Positions 55,018-63,437 of a stretch of DNA of 64,000 bases are shown piece by piece. This DNA comes from an uncultured bacterium (GTDB lineage Bacteria > Actinomycetota > Actinomycetes > S36-B12), in the NCBI GenBank assembly GCA_963793105.1, contig CAWBZB010000003.1, positions 74,770 through 138,769 of the forward strand, given 5' to 3'. The notes below the pieces were generated by a model that had not been told where the DNA came from, did not search any database, and worked only from the letters and a program-made list of their open reading frames with translations. Position 1 is the first letter of the stretch, and every line of letters starts with the position of its first letter. The translations under genes and the position numbers were made by a program.

Positions 55018-55572
55018 ATGGCCGCCAACCGCCCGCGCCGCTCCGACCGCATCGACGTCCCACGCGGGCGCAGCCGCACCCTACGCCCGAGCGTCGACAC
55101 CGAGCGCTTCGGACGGATGTCCGAGAAGGTGGCGCGTGGCATCGGCTCGTGGGCGTTCATCCTGTGGATGACGATCGCGATCGTCATCTGGCTCGGCTTC
55201 AACATCGCGATGACCGACTCGGCCGCGCCCGATCCGTTCCCCTTCATCTTCCTCACGCTGCTGCTCTCGCTCCAGGCGTCCTACGCGGCACCGCTGATCC
55301 TGCTCGCCCAGAACCGGCAGACCGACCGCGACCGCGTCCAGTTCCAGGAGGACCGTCAGCGCACCGAACGACTGCTCGCCGACTCCGACTACCTCGCCCG
55401 CGAGATCGCCGCACTGCGCATGGCGATGGGCGAGGCGGCCACCCGCGACTACGTGCGCGGCGAGCTACGGTCCCTCCTCGACGATGTCCGGGAGGCGCTC
55501 GACGAGCAGGAGCAGGGTCGCCCCGGGCACGACCGGAAGGCAGGCGACGTCGAGTCCTCCGGCGGCGAATAG
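55018..55572 (+). CDS. DUF1003 domain membrane protein
   Basis: 184-aa ORF with two TM helices followed by LQASYAAPLILLAQNRQ..., as in DUF1003. It lies directly after the MgtE_N/CBS gene. Confidence 0.8.
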   Translation: MAANRPRRSDRIDVPRGRSRTLRPSVDTERFGRMSEKVARGIGSWAFILWMTIAIVIWLGFNIAMTDSAAPDPFPFIFLTLLLSLQASYAAPLILLAQNRQTDRDRVQFQEDRQRTERLLADSDYLAREIAALRMAMGEAATRDYVRGELRSLLDDVREALDEQEQGRPGHDRKAGDVESSGGE

Positions 55573-55581
55573 CATCAATGC

Positions 55582-56724
55582 ATGCCCACACCCTCGCTCG
55601 ACCAGATCAATGCTGCCCTCGCCACCGTCGATGACCCGGAGATCAATCGACCGGTGACCGAGCTCGGCATGGTGAAGTCCGTGAGCATCGACGATGCCGG
55701 CGGCGTCGACGTGGGCATCTACCTCACCGTGTCCGGGTGCCCGATGCGCGGACCCATCACCGACCGGGTGACCGAGGCCGTGGCAGCCGTCCCGGGCGTC
55801 ACCGCGGTCCGGGTCGAGCTCGACGTGATGAGCGACGAGCAGCGGGCCGCTCTGCGCAGCACCCTTCGCGGGCACGACCAGCGCGAGATCCCGTTCGCCC
55901 AGCCGGGCTCGCTGACCAAGGTGTACGCCATCGCCTCGGGGAAGGGCGGCGTCGGCAAGTCGTCGGTGACCGCCAACCTCGCCGTCGCCATGGCCCGGAT
56001 GGGCCTGTCCGTCGGTCTCGTCGACGCCGACGTCTACGGGCACTCGATCCCGCGCATGCTGCGGGCGACGGAGCCGCCGACCATGGTCGAGGGCATGATC
56101 ATGCCGCCCCAGGCCTATGGCGTGAGAGTGATCTCGATGCTCCCGTTCAAGCCCGGTGGGGTGTCCCAGCCGGTGGCCTTTCGCGGGCCCATGCTGCACC
56201 GCGCTCTCGAGCAGTTCCTCGCCGACGTGTGGTGGGGCGACCTGGACGTCCTCCTCCTGGACCTCCCGCCGGGCACGGGGGACGTGGCCATCTCGACTGC
56301 GCAGCTCCTGCCAGGTGCCGAGATCGTGGTGGTGACCACCCCCCAGCCGGCGGCGGCAGACGTGGCCGTGCGCGCCGGGACGCTCGCCGAGCAGACGCAC
56401 CAGAAGGTGGCCGGCGTCGTGGAGAACATGAGCTCGTTCCCGTGCCCGCACTGCGGCGAGCCGATGGACCTGTTCGGGATGGGTGGCGGCGCACTCGTCG
56501 CGGAGATCCTTACCCGGCAGCTGGGCACGGATGTCCCGCTGCTGGGACAGATCCCGTTCGACGTCGCGCTGCGCGAGGGTGGCGACTCCGGGGATCCGCT
56601 GGTCTTGAGCGCTCCGGACGCCCCGGCCGCGCAGGCCCTGACCGCCATCGCCGAGCGGCTCGGCCGCCGACCCCGGGGGCTGGCCGGGATGTCGCTGGGC
56701 ATCACGCCGGCTGCCCGGGCCTGA
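55582..56724 (+). CDS. mrp: Mrp/ApbC/NBP35 family Fe-S cluster carrier ATPase
   Basis: 380-aa ORF with an N-terminal DUF59-like domain, SGKGGVGKSS and the CPHCGEP motif. Confidence 0.9.
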   Translation: MPTPSLDQINAALATVDDPEINRPVTELGMVKSVSIDDAGGVDVGIYLTVSGCPMRGPITDRVTEAVAAVPGVTAVRVELDVMSDEQRAALRSTLRGHDQREIPFAQPGSLTKVYAIASGKGGVGKSSVTANLAVAMARMGLSVGLVDADVYGHSIPRMLRATEPPTMVEGMIMPPQAYGVRVISMLPFKPGGVSQPVAFRGPMLHRALEQFLADVWWGDLDVLLLDLPPGTGDVAISTAQLLPGAEIVVVTTPQPAAADVAVRAGTLAEQTHQKVAGVVENMSSFPCPHCGEPMDLFGMGGGALVAEILTRQLGTDVPLLGQIPFDVALREGGDSGDPLVLSAPDAPAAQALTAIAERLGRRPRGLAGMSLGITPAARA

Positions 56725-56740
56725 CCCGTGGCGCGGGTCG

Positions 56741-57061
56741 TCAGGTCGCGTCGGGGTCGAACGGCGGCGGCGCCGGTGCCGGCGGCTTCGCGGGCTTGGT
56801 CGGCTCGCTTTCGTCGTTCAGCAGGTTGGCCGCCAGCCGCCGAGGGTGGAACTCCCTGAGCGACTTGACCGTGTCGACGGTCTCGTCGAGGTCGATGCCG
56901 GCCGAGTCGGCCAGGTCCTGACGGGCCCCCGACGCCATGGACCTGATCTGGCGCATCCACTTGGCCGCATCCGCGGCCGCCCGTGGCAGCCGTTCGGGAC
57001 CGAAGACGAGCAGGCCGATGACGGCGACGATCAGGATCTCCCCGATGCCGATGTCGAACAT
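56741..57061 (-). CDS. tatB: Sec-independent protein translocase TatB
   Basis: 106-aa ORF, MFDIGIGEILIVAVIGLLVFGPERLP..., a canonical TatA/B N-terminus with a long amphipathic/acidic tail. Confidence 0.85.
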   Translation of the reverse strand: MFDIGIGEILIVAVIGLLVFGPERLPRAAADAAKWMRQIRSMASGARQDLADSAGIDLDETVDTVKSLREFHPRRLAANLLNDESEPTKPAKPPAPAPPPFDPDAT

Positions 57062-57087
57062 GCCTGCCTCCCCTCGAGGTGGGTCTC

Positions 57088-58350
57088 TCAGCCGTCGCTT
57101 CCGTCGTCACCGAGGACGAGTTGCGCCGATCGCTCCTGGTTGCCGCGCTCGTAGTCGACCTTGATCCTCTCACCCGGGGCGTAGCTGCGGACGGTGACGA
57201 CCAGCTCGGTCGCATCGTCGATGACCCGGCCGTTCACCGCGATGATGACGTCGCCGGGCTCCACTCCCGCGGCCTCCGCGCCACTGCCATCGGTCACGCT
57301 CTCCACGCGGGCACCCGGACCGGTGTAGGCCATGTCGAGCTGGACCCCCATCAGCGGCGTGCGCGACCGCCCGGTGGCGATCAGCTCGTCGGCGATGCGC
57401 TTCGCCGAGTTGCTGGGGATCGCGAAGCCGAGACCGATGCTGCCGACCTCGCCGTCGACCGCGAGGCTGGCGATGGCCGAGTTGATCCCGATCACCGACC
57501 CGCGGCCGTCCAGCAGCGGCCCCCCGGAGTTGCCGGGGTTGATGGCCGCGTCCGTCTGGATCGCGTTGATGTAGGACAGGTCGGCCTGGTCCTGGCCCGC
57601 CGTGACCGGTCGGTCCAGGGCGCTGATGATGCCCGAGGTGACGGTTCCGTCGAGCCCGAGGGGGGCGCCGATCGCGATGACGACGTCGCCCACGCGGACC
57701 GCCTCGGAGTCCCCCAGCGTCACCGCCGGGAGCCCACGGCGGTCGACCTTCACGACCGCCAGGTCGTACGAGGCGTTCGTGCCGACCACCTCGCCCTCGC
57801 TCCGCTCGCCGTCGCTGAACACGACGGTCAGGGTGCCGCCGTCGGCGACGAGATCGACCACGTGGTTGTTCGTGAGCAGGTACCCGTTCGGCCGGATGAC
57901 GAACCCCGAGCCGCTCCCGGAGTCACGTTGGCCCTCCGCGAGGATCGAGACCACGGCCGGCAGCGTCGAGGCCGCGATGTCGGCGATCGATCCGTCGACC
58001 AGGGGGAGGGTTGACGGGACCTCGTTGGCGACGACGGCCGACGGGGCGTCCGCTGCGGCCTCGGAGGGGGAGTCGATGCTGCGGCCCACGACATAGCCGG
58101 CAAGGCCCGCGAACGACCCCACGACCCCGGCGACCAGGGCAGCGATCAGGACCGTCCCGAGGACGCCGGGACCGGACCGTCGACGGTCGGCCCGCGACAC
58201 CGGCGGCGGGGCCGGCGGTCGGGCTCCGGGAACCATGGTCGGAGGCACCGAAGGCGGAGCGGAAGGCGACCCGAACAGCCCCGGATAGGGGGACGGCTCC
58301 GGCGGAGGTGGCGACTCGGACATGCACTCCTCCATCGGCTTCGGCGGCAT
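57088..58350 (-). CDS. htrA: HtrA/DegP-family trypsin-like serine protease with PDZ domain
   Basis: 420-aa ORF with a Pro-rich N-terminus plus a TM anchor. TNNHVV (His), GNSGGPLLD (Ser) and a C-terminal PDZ domain. The start could instead be the ATG at 58323. Confidence 0.9.
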   Translation of the reverse strand: MPPKPMEECMSESPPPPEPSPYPGLFGSPSAPPSVPPTMVPGARPPAPPPVSRADRRRSGPGVLGTVLIAALVAGVVGSFAGLAGYVVGRSIDSPSEAAADAPSAVVANEVPSTLPLVDGSIADIAASTLPAVVSILAEGQRDSGSGSGFVIRPNGYLLTNNHVVDLVADGGTLTVVFSDGERSEGEVVGTNASYDLAVVKVDRRGLPAVTLGDSEAVRVGDVVIAIGAPLGLDGTVTSGIISALDRPVTAGQDQADLSYINAIQTDAAINPGNSGGPLLDGRGSVIGINSAIASLAVDGEVGSIGLGFAIPSNSAKRIADELIATGRSRTPLMGVQLDMAYTGPGARVESVTDGSGAEAAGVEPGDVIIAVNGRVIDDATELVVTVRSYAPGERIKVDYERGNQERSAQLVLGDDGSDG

Positions 58351-58367
58351 GGTCGGGTGACCCGCTC

Positions 58368-59108
58368 ATGCATACGGTAGTTCAGGCTAGGCTTTCGCCG
58401 AACGCCGCCGGTCCCGGCCGGCCGCCGCGCACACGGAGGTGCATCATCGCCAGCCCCGCACTCGACCCCGACATTCCTTCCCGGCTGTCCTGGGCCTATG
58501 TCGACGGCTGGGAGGAGGACTCCGAGATCATCCGGCAGGCCCGCGACCGAGCCGCGGAGCTCGGCTGCCCCGCCGTGAGCCGACCGGCGGCCGCCGTGCT
58601 GCGCCTGCTCGCTGCCTGCGTCAACGCCCAGAGCGTGGTCGAGGTCGGCACGGGCGCCGGCGTCTCGGGCGCCGCCCTGCTGTCCGGGATGTCCGAGGAC
58701 GGCGTCCTCACGAGCATCGACGTCGAGGCCGAGCACCAGCGGGTCGCCCGGGAGACGTTCACGGCACTCGGATTCGACCACACCCGGACGCGGCTCATCG
58801 CGGGACGGGCGCTCGACGTGCTTCCGCGCATGTCGGACGCGGCGTACGACATCATCTTCGTCGACGGCGACAAGACCGAGTACCCCACGATCCTGGCCCA
58901 GGCGAAGCGACTGCTCCGCGTCGGTGGCCTGGTGATCTTCGACAACGTCCTGTGGAGCGGCCGGGTCGCCGACCCCGCCGAGCGCGACGCTGAGACGGTG
59001 GCCCTGCGCGACACCGCGTCCGAGGTCAAGGACGACGACGACTGGATGCCCGCGCTGCTGACCATCGGCGACGGCCTCCTGGTCGCCTCCCTGCGCGGCC
59101 GGAGCTAG
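58368..59108 (+). CDS. class I SAM-dependent O-methyltransferase
   Basis: In-frame ATG at 58368 within ORF 58011..59108. SAM motif VVEVGTGAGVSG and IFVDGDK. The start is uncertain: GGAGG at 58434-58438 is followed only by an out-of-frame GTG. Confidence 0.7.
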   Translation: MHTVVQARLSPNAAGPGRPPRTRRCIIASPALDPDIPSRLSWAYVDGWEEDSEIIRQARDRAAELGCPAVSRPAAAVLRLLAACVNAQSVVEVGTGAGVSGAALLSGMSEDGVLTSIDVEAEHQRVARETFTALGFDHTRTRLIAGRALDVLPRMSDAAYDIIFVDGDKTEYPTILAQAKRLLRVGGLVIFDNVLWSGRVADPAERDAETVALRDTASEVKDDDDWMPALLTIGDGLLVASLRGRS

Positions 59109-59144
59109 CACGACCGTCCTTCTTCGCGGGTCACCCCCGCACGC

Positions 59145-59179
59145 GATGAGGCCCCCGACCGATGGTCGGGGGCCTCATC
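59145..59179. terminator. bidirectional stem-loop terminator candidate
   Basis: Perfect 16-bp stem GATGAGGCCCCCGACC / GGTCGGGGGCCTCATC with a 3-nt loop, between the convergent OMT and DUF3117 genes. Confidence 0.6.
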
Positions 59180-59194
59180 GATGGAGCAGGGCTG

Positions 59195-59362
59195 TCAGGC
59201 GAACAGCGCCAGCAGCTTCTCTCCCAGGTCCTTGGCCTCCTCGCCGTTGAGCTCGACGACGAGCCGGCCGCCACCCTCCAGGGGGACACGCATGACGTAG
59301 CCGCGTCCCTCTTTGGTCACCTCGAGCGGGCCATCGCCCGTCCGCGGCTTCATCGCGGCCAT
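59195..59362 (-). CDS. DUF3117 domain small protein
   Basis: The internal ATG at 59362 gives a 55-aa protein, MAAMKPRTGDGPLEVTKEGRGYVMRVPLEGGGRLVVELNGEEAKDLGEKLLALFA. Conserved actinobacterial small protein. Confidence 0.8.
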   Translation of the reverse strand: MAAMKPRTGDGPLEVTKEGRGYVMRVPLEGGGRLVVELNGEEAKDLGEKLLALFA

Positions 59363-59501
59363 GTGGATCCCCTTCCGTTCACGCATCGTTTCCTGCGGCG
59401 TCGCACGTTCGTCACGTTCGGCGACGGGTATCGCACCATTATCCCCAATTGGCTCCGGGGGAGGTCCAGCGGGTCCGGGTCACGGTCATTCGTGCCCGGA
59501 C

Positions 59502-59972
59502 TCACCGTGGCAGGACCCGCTGCTCGACCAGTCGACGGAACTCCGAGAGCGAGGCGCGCGCGCCCAGCAGCAACGCGGGCCGGGCGATCGGCCAGCCCAG
59601 CCGGCCGAGCCGTCCCAGCGGCAGGTCCAGGTTCTCGCTCCACACGAATCTGCTTCGTCCGCCGGGCAGCGCCAGCACCTCCATGGTCCCGGTCCCGCGG
59701 ACCACCCTGCCGATGTGGCGGACGTCGATCCGGTACGGCGGCTCCCAGCGGGTGATCACCATCGTGTCCCGGAAGGCCGCACGGCCGGCCCCCGTGCGGG
59801 CCGTGATCTGCGAACCGACGCTGCGACCGTCTCCGACCTGCACCTCGACCTGAGTCCCCGCGATCCAGCGACCCTGTTCGCCCCATTGACTGAACCCGTC
59901 GAACACGCGTTCCACGGGAGCATCGATCGTCACGTCCAGGGCGACACGAGCGGGGGCACTAGGCCGCGCCAT
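59502..59972 (-). CDS. SRPBCC family protein
   Basis: The internal ATG at 59972 gives a 156-aa protein, MARPSAPARVALDVTIDAPVERVFDGFSQW..., an SRPBCC-type N-terminus. Confidence 0.7.
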   Translation of the reverse strand: MARPSAPARVALDVTIDAPVERVFDGFSQWGEQGRWIAGTQVEVQVGDGRSVGSQITARTGAGRAAFRDTMVITRWEPPYRIDVRHIGRVVRGTGTMEVLALPGGRSRFVWSENLDLPLGRLGRLGWPIARPALLLGARASLSEFRRLVEQRVLPR

Positions 59973-60213
59973 CACGACCCGTCTGCTCGACCTCGCTGCG
60001 CAGTACGTCGAGTTCGCCCTGCATCTCCTGCAGCCGGGCGTCGACCTCGTCCATGCGGTAGCCGCGGACCACGACGTCGAACGACGGCTCACCGTCGATC
60101 ACGTCGGGGCGCAGGTCCTGCTCGCTGTCGGGCAGGCCGCCGAGCAGGCCCAGGGCAGCGGCGAAGCCCGCCCCGAGCACGAGGATGACGACGATCACGA
60201 ACAGCCAGGTCAC
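59959..60213 (-). CDS. small membrane-anchored DivIVA-domain protein
   Basis: 84-aa ORF with an N-terminal TM helix, then FDVVVRGYRMDEVDARL (DivIVA-type motif) and a coiled-coil. Confidence 0.65.
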   Translation of the reverse strand: MTWLFVIVVILVLGAGFAAALGLLGGLPDSEQDLRPDVIDGEPSFDVVVRGYRMDEVDARLQEMQGELDVLRSEVEQTGRDGAA

Positions 60214-60391
60214 GGGGTCATTCCATCACGAACCACGTCGATTGGCCCCGGCACGGGGCCGCGGCGGGGATCCGTGGTTCCGTTCCGATCCTTACGTGCC
60301 CCGAATCCGGACGCCACGGCGCTCCAATGTTCGTCGTGCAGTCTCGTGTCGTTCCCACAACCCGCACACGCGACTGATGAAGGAGAACCAC

Positions 60392-61067
60392 ATGTCACGC
60401 ACACGAACGATCACCCTGACCGTCGGCTCGCTGGCCGTCGGGGCACTGCTCGCCACCGGCGCGACCGGCCTGGCGATGGCCGACGACACCGGCGCCTCGA
60501 CGACGAGCAGCGCTGCTTCGGCGGCCCTCGGCGCCACCAGCGATGGCCCGGGCGCCCATGCCGGGATGCGCGGCGGGCCGGACGGCAGCATGCGGGGTCC
60601 CGGCGCAGGCCACAAGGGCATGCGCGGCGGCCCGATCGGCCAGCCCCTGCACGGCGAGGCCGTCGTCAAGGCAGAGGACGGCACGATCCTGACGGTCCGC
60701 CAGGTCCACGGCACCGTCACCGCGGTGAGCGCGGATTCGATCACGGTCGAGGCGGAGGACGGCTACTCACGGGACCTTCGCCGTGTCCGCGGACACCGCG
60801 GTCCGGACCGGCATCCCCCAGCGGGACGGCAGCGAGCCGGGCACCAACACCGACTCCGTCGCCGACGTGTCGGTCGGTGACGTGGCCCACGTCGGCGGCA
60901 CCGTCGTCGACGGCGTGGCGACCGCTGACCGCATCCACGCCATGACGCCGGAAGAGGCGGCCATCCATGGAGCAGCAGCGCCAGCAGCACCGGGAGGACC
61001 GGGCCGCGCAGGAGTCGGACGCGGCGACGCAGTCGAGCTAGTCGGCAGTCCGACGCCGTCGGACTAG
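60392..61067 (+). pseudogene. secreted protein of unknown function, one +1 frame disruption near 60767-60776
   Basis: ATG at 60392 after AAGGAG. Signal peptide MSRTRTITLTVGSLAVGALLATGATGLAMA. The sequence ...VTAVSADSITVEAEDGYS (frame 2) continues naturally as (H/R)GTFAVSADTAVRTG... in the frame of ORF 60783..61067. The C-terminus is uncertain. Confidence 0.5.
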
Positions 61068-61627
61068 TCAGCAGGGGCGGCCGTGGACCACGCCCGGGCG
61101 ATCGCGTCGAGGGCATCCTCGACATCGGTGGCCCAGTGCACATGGTCCACGGCCCCCCTGCGCACGAAACCCCGTCCCACCCAGTGGTCGAGCAGGGCGT
61201 GCAGGTGATCGAAGTCCCCCCACGGGTCCAGAACCACCACGGGCTTGTGATGCATGTTCAGCGACCGCGACGTCCAGACCTCGATGAGCTCCTCGAGGGT
61301 GCCGATCCCCCCTGGCAGCGCCAGGAACGCGTCGGACCTCTCGTCCATGATCCCCTTGCGCTGCCGCATGTCCCGGGTCACGATGAACTCGTCGGACTCG
61401 TGGTCTGCCACCTCCATCGCGACCAGCGCATCGGGGATGACCCCCACGGTGTGACCGCCGCTCCCTCGGGCGGCCCGGCCCAGCGCGCCCATCATCGAGA
61501 TCGAGCCCGCACCCGACACCAGCCCCCATCCGCGCGCCGCGATCGCCCCGCCCACCGCCGTGGCGAGGTCGAGGTAGCGATCGTCGATCGTGAGGCTCGA
61601 CGAGCAGAAGACACAGACGGCGGGCAT
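61064..61627 (-). CDS. LOG family protein (TIGR00730, nucleotide 5'-monophosphate nucleosidase-like)
   Basis: 187-aa ORF with GAGSISMMGA and the PGGIGTLEE motif. Confidence 0.85.
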   Translation of the reverse strand: MPAVCVFCSSSLTIDDRYLDLATAVGGAIAARGWGLVSGAGSISMMGALGRAARGSGGHTVGVIPDALVAMEVADHESDEFIVTRDMRQRKGIMDERSDAFLALPGGIGTLEELIEVWTSRSLNMHHKPVVVLDPWGDFDHLHALLDHWVGRGFVRRGAVDHVHWATDVEDALDAIARAWSTAAPAD

Positions 61628-61733
61628 GCCCGAACCCTAGGGCCCCGCCGTGATTTGCATCATCATGATTTTAGTTGTACCTTCAATCATATAAATGAAC
61701 CTCAACTACTTGTCCGCCAACCAAGGAGCAGCC

Positions 61734-62300
61734 ATGACCGCCACCACCACCGAGTCCACCGGCCTCGCAACCGCCACCGGCACCTGGGTCATCGACCCCG
61801 CCCACACCAACCTCGGCTTCAGCGCCCGGCACGCGATGGTCGCCAAGGTCCGCGGGAACTTCGACGAGTTCTCCGGTTCGTTCACCATCGACGGAGCCCA
61901 CCCGGAGAACTCCTCCGCCGAGCTGACCATCCAGGCCGCCAGCATCGACACCAAGACCAGCGACCGCGACGCCCACCTCAAGTCCCCCGACTTCCTGGAC
62001 GTCGAGGTGTACCCGACCATCACGTTCGCGTCGACCGCCGTCACGGTGCACGGGAACGACATCGTGGTCACCGGTGACCTCACCATCCACGGGGTGACGA
62101 AGTCGGTCGACGTCGCCTACGAGCTCGTCGGCATCAGCCAGGACCCGTGGGGCAACACGAAGATCGGCTTCGAGGGCAGCGCGAAGATCAGCCGCAAGGA
62201 CTTCGGCCTGGTCTGGAACGCCGCGCTCGAGACCGGCGGGGTCCTCGTCGGCGACGAGATCAAGCTGAACCTGGACGTCGAGGCCGCCAAGCAGGCCTGA
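61734..62300 (+). CDS. YceI family protein
   Basis: ATG at 61734 after AAGGAG. The 188-aa product reads ...WVIDPAHTNLGFSARHAMVAKVRGNF...DRDAHLKSPDFLD... Confidence 0.9.
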   Translation: MTATTTESTGLATATGTWVIDPAHTNLGFSARHAMVAKVRGNFDEFSGSFTIDGAHPENSSAELTIQAASIDTKTSDRDAHLKSPDFLDVEVYPTITFASTAVTVHGNDIVVTGDLTIHGVTKSVDVAYELVGISQDPWGNTKIGFEGSAKISRKDFGLVWNAALETGGVLVGDEIKLNLDVEAAKQA

Positions 62301-62309
62301 CGCCGAACC

Positions 62310-62345
62310 GATGATGGCCGTCCCCTCGCGGGGGCGGCCATCATC
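62310..62345. terminator. bidirectional stem-loop terminator candidate
   Basis: A 16-bp stem with one G-U (GATGATGGCCGTCCCC / GGGGGCGGCCATCATC) and a TCGC loop, between convergent yceI-like and dapE. Confidence 0.6.
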
Positions 62346-62349
62346 GCGC

Positions 62350-63420
62350 TCAGGGGGACAGCCAGGCCCGCATCCGGGCCTCGCAGGACTCGATCTGCCC
62401 GATCGGGACGTGCTCGTAGCGCGTATGCGCGAGAGCCGGGTCGCCCGGACCGAAGTTGAGGGCGGGCACGCCGAGGGCGGAGAAGCGCGCGACGTCCGTC
62501 CACCCGTACTTGGGCCGGGGAACCTCGCCGACGGCCCGCACGAACTCGGTCGCGGCGGGTCGGTCCAGGCCCGGCCGGGCGCCGGGGGCCTGGTCGACGG
62601 CGACCACGGGGAAACCGTCGAACACCTCGCGAACGTGGGCGAGGGCCTCATCCAGGTCCCGGTCCGGTGCGAACCGGTAGTTCACGGTGACGACGCATGC
62701 GTCCGGGATGACGTTTCCCGCCACTCCCCCGCCGATCCCGACCGCGTTCAACCCCTCGCGGTACTCCAGGCCGTCCACGACGGGCCTGCGGGGCTCATAG
62801 TCGCGAAGCCGGTCGAGGATCTCACCCGCCGCGTGGATCGCGTTCGTGCCGAGCCAGGACCGGGCGCTGTGCGCGCGCTGGCCCGTCGCCGTCACCTCGA
62901 CGCGCAGCGTGCCCTGGCAGCCGGCCTCGATCCCGGCGTCCGACGGCTCCATGAGGATGGCCAGGTCGGCCTGCAGGAGATCGGGGTGCAGGTCGGCCAG
63001 CCGCTGCAGCCCGTTGAGGCGGGCATCCACCTCCTCGCACTCGTAGAACACGTAGGTCACGTCCCGGACCGGCGCCACCACTCCCGCGGCGAGCGACAGC
63101 GCCACCGCCACGCCACCCTTCATGTCGCAGGCGCCCAGGCCGTACAGCAGTCCGTCGTCGATCCGGTGCGGCAGGTTGCCGTGCTCGGGGACGGTATCGA
63201 GGTGGCCGCCGATCAGCACCCGCTCGGACCGGCCCAGCGCGGTCCGGGCGACGATGGTGTTCCCGTACCGCGTGACCGTGAGGTGCGGCCGGCCGCGCAG
63301 AGCTGTCTCGACCGCGTCAGCGAGCGGCCCCTCATGCCGGGACTCACTGGGGATGTCCACCAGCTGCACGGCCAGACGCGCCGCGCCCGCCGCGAGGTCC
63401 AGGTTCGCCGTGTCGCCCAC
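62350..63420 (-). CDS. dapE: succinyl-diaminopimelate desuccinylase (M20 family)
   Basis: 356-aa ORF with GGHLDTVP and the M20 metal-binding pattern. Divergent from dapD, as in other actinobacteria. Confidence 0.85.
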   Translation of the reverse strand: MGDTANLDLAAGAARLAVQLVDIPSESRHEGPLADAVETALRGRPHLTVTRYGNTIVARTALGRSERVLIGGHLDTVPEHGNLPHRIDDGLLYGLGACDMKGGVAVALSLAAGVVAPVRDVTYVFYECEEVDARLNGLQRLADLHPDLLQADLAILMEPSDAGIEAGCQGTLRVEVTATGQRAHSARSWLGTNAIHAAGEILDRLRDYEPRRPVVDGLEYREGLNAVGIGGGVAGNVIPDACVVTVNYRFAPDRDLDEALAHVREVFDGFPVVAVDQAPGARPGLDRPAATEFVRAVGEVPRPKYGWTDVARFSALGVPALNFGPGDPALAHTRYEHVPIGQIESCEARMRAWLSP

Positions 63421-63437
63421 GCCGCTACGGTAGCCGC

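Noticed and set aside
58434-58993. GGAGG followed by GTG at 58439, opening a 184-aa ORF as an alternative O-methyltransferase frame
   Set aside because: That frame translates to Arg/Pro/Gly-rich sequence without methyltransferase motifs. The SAM-binding motifs are in the frame of ORF 58011..59108. The true start of the methyltransferase is left uncertain, and a further indel just after the GTG cannot be excluded.
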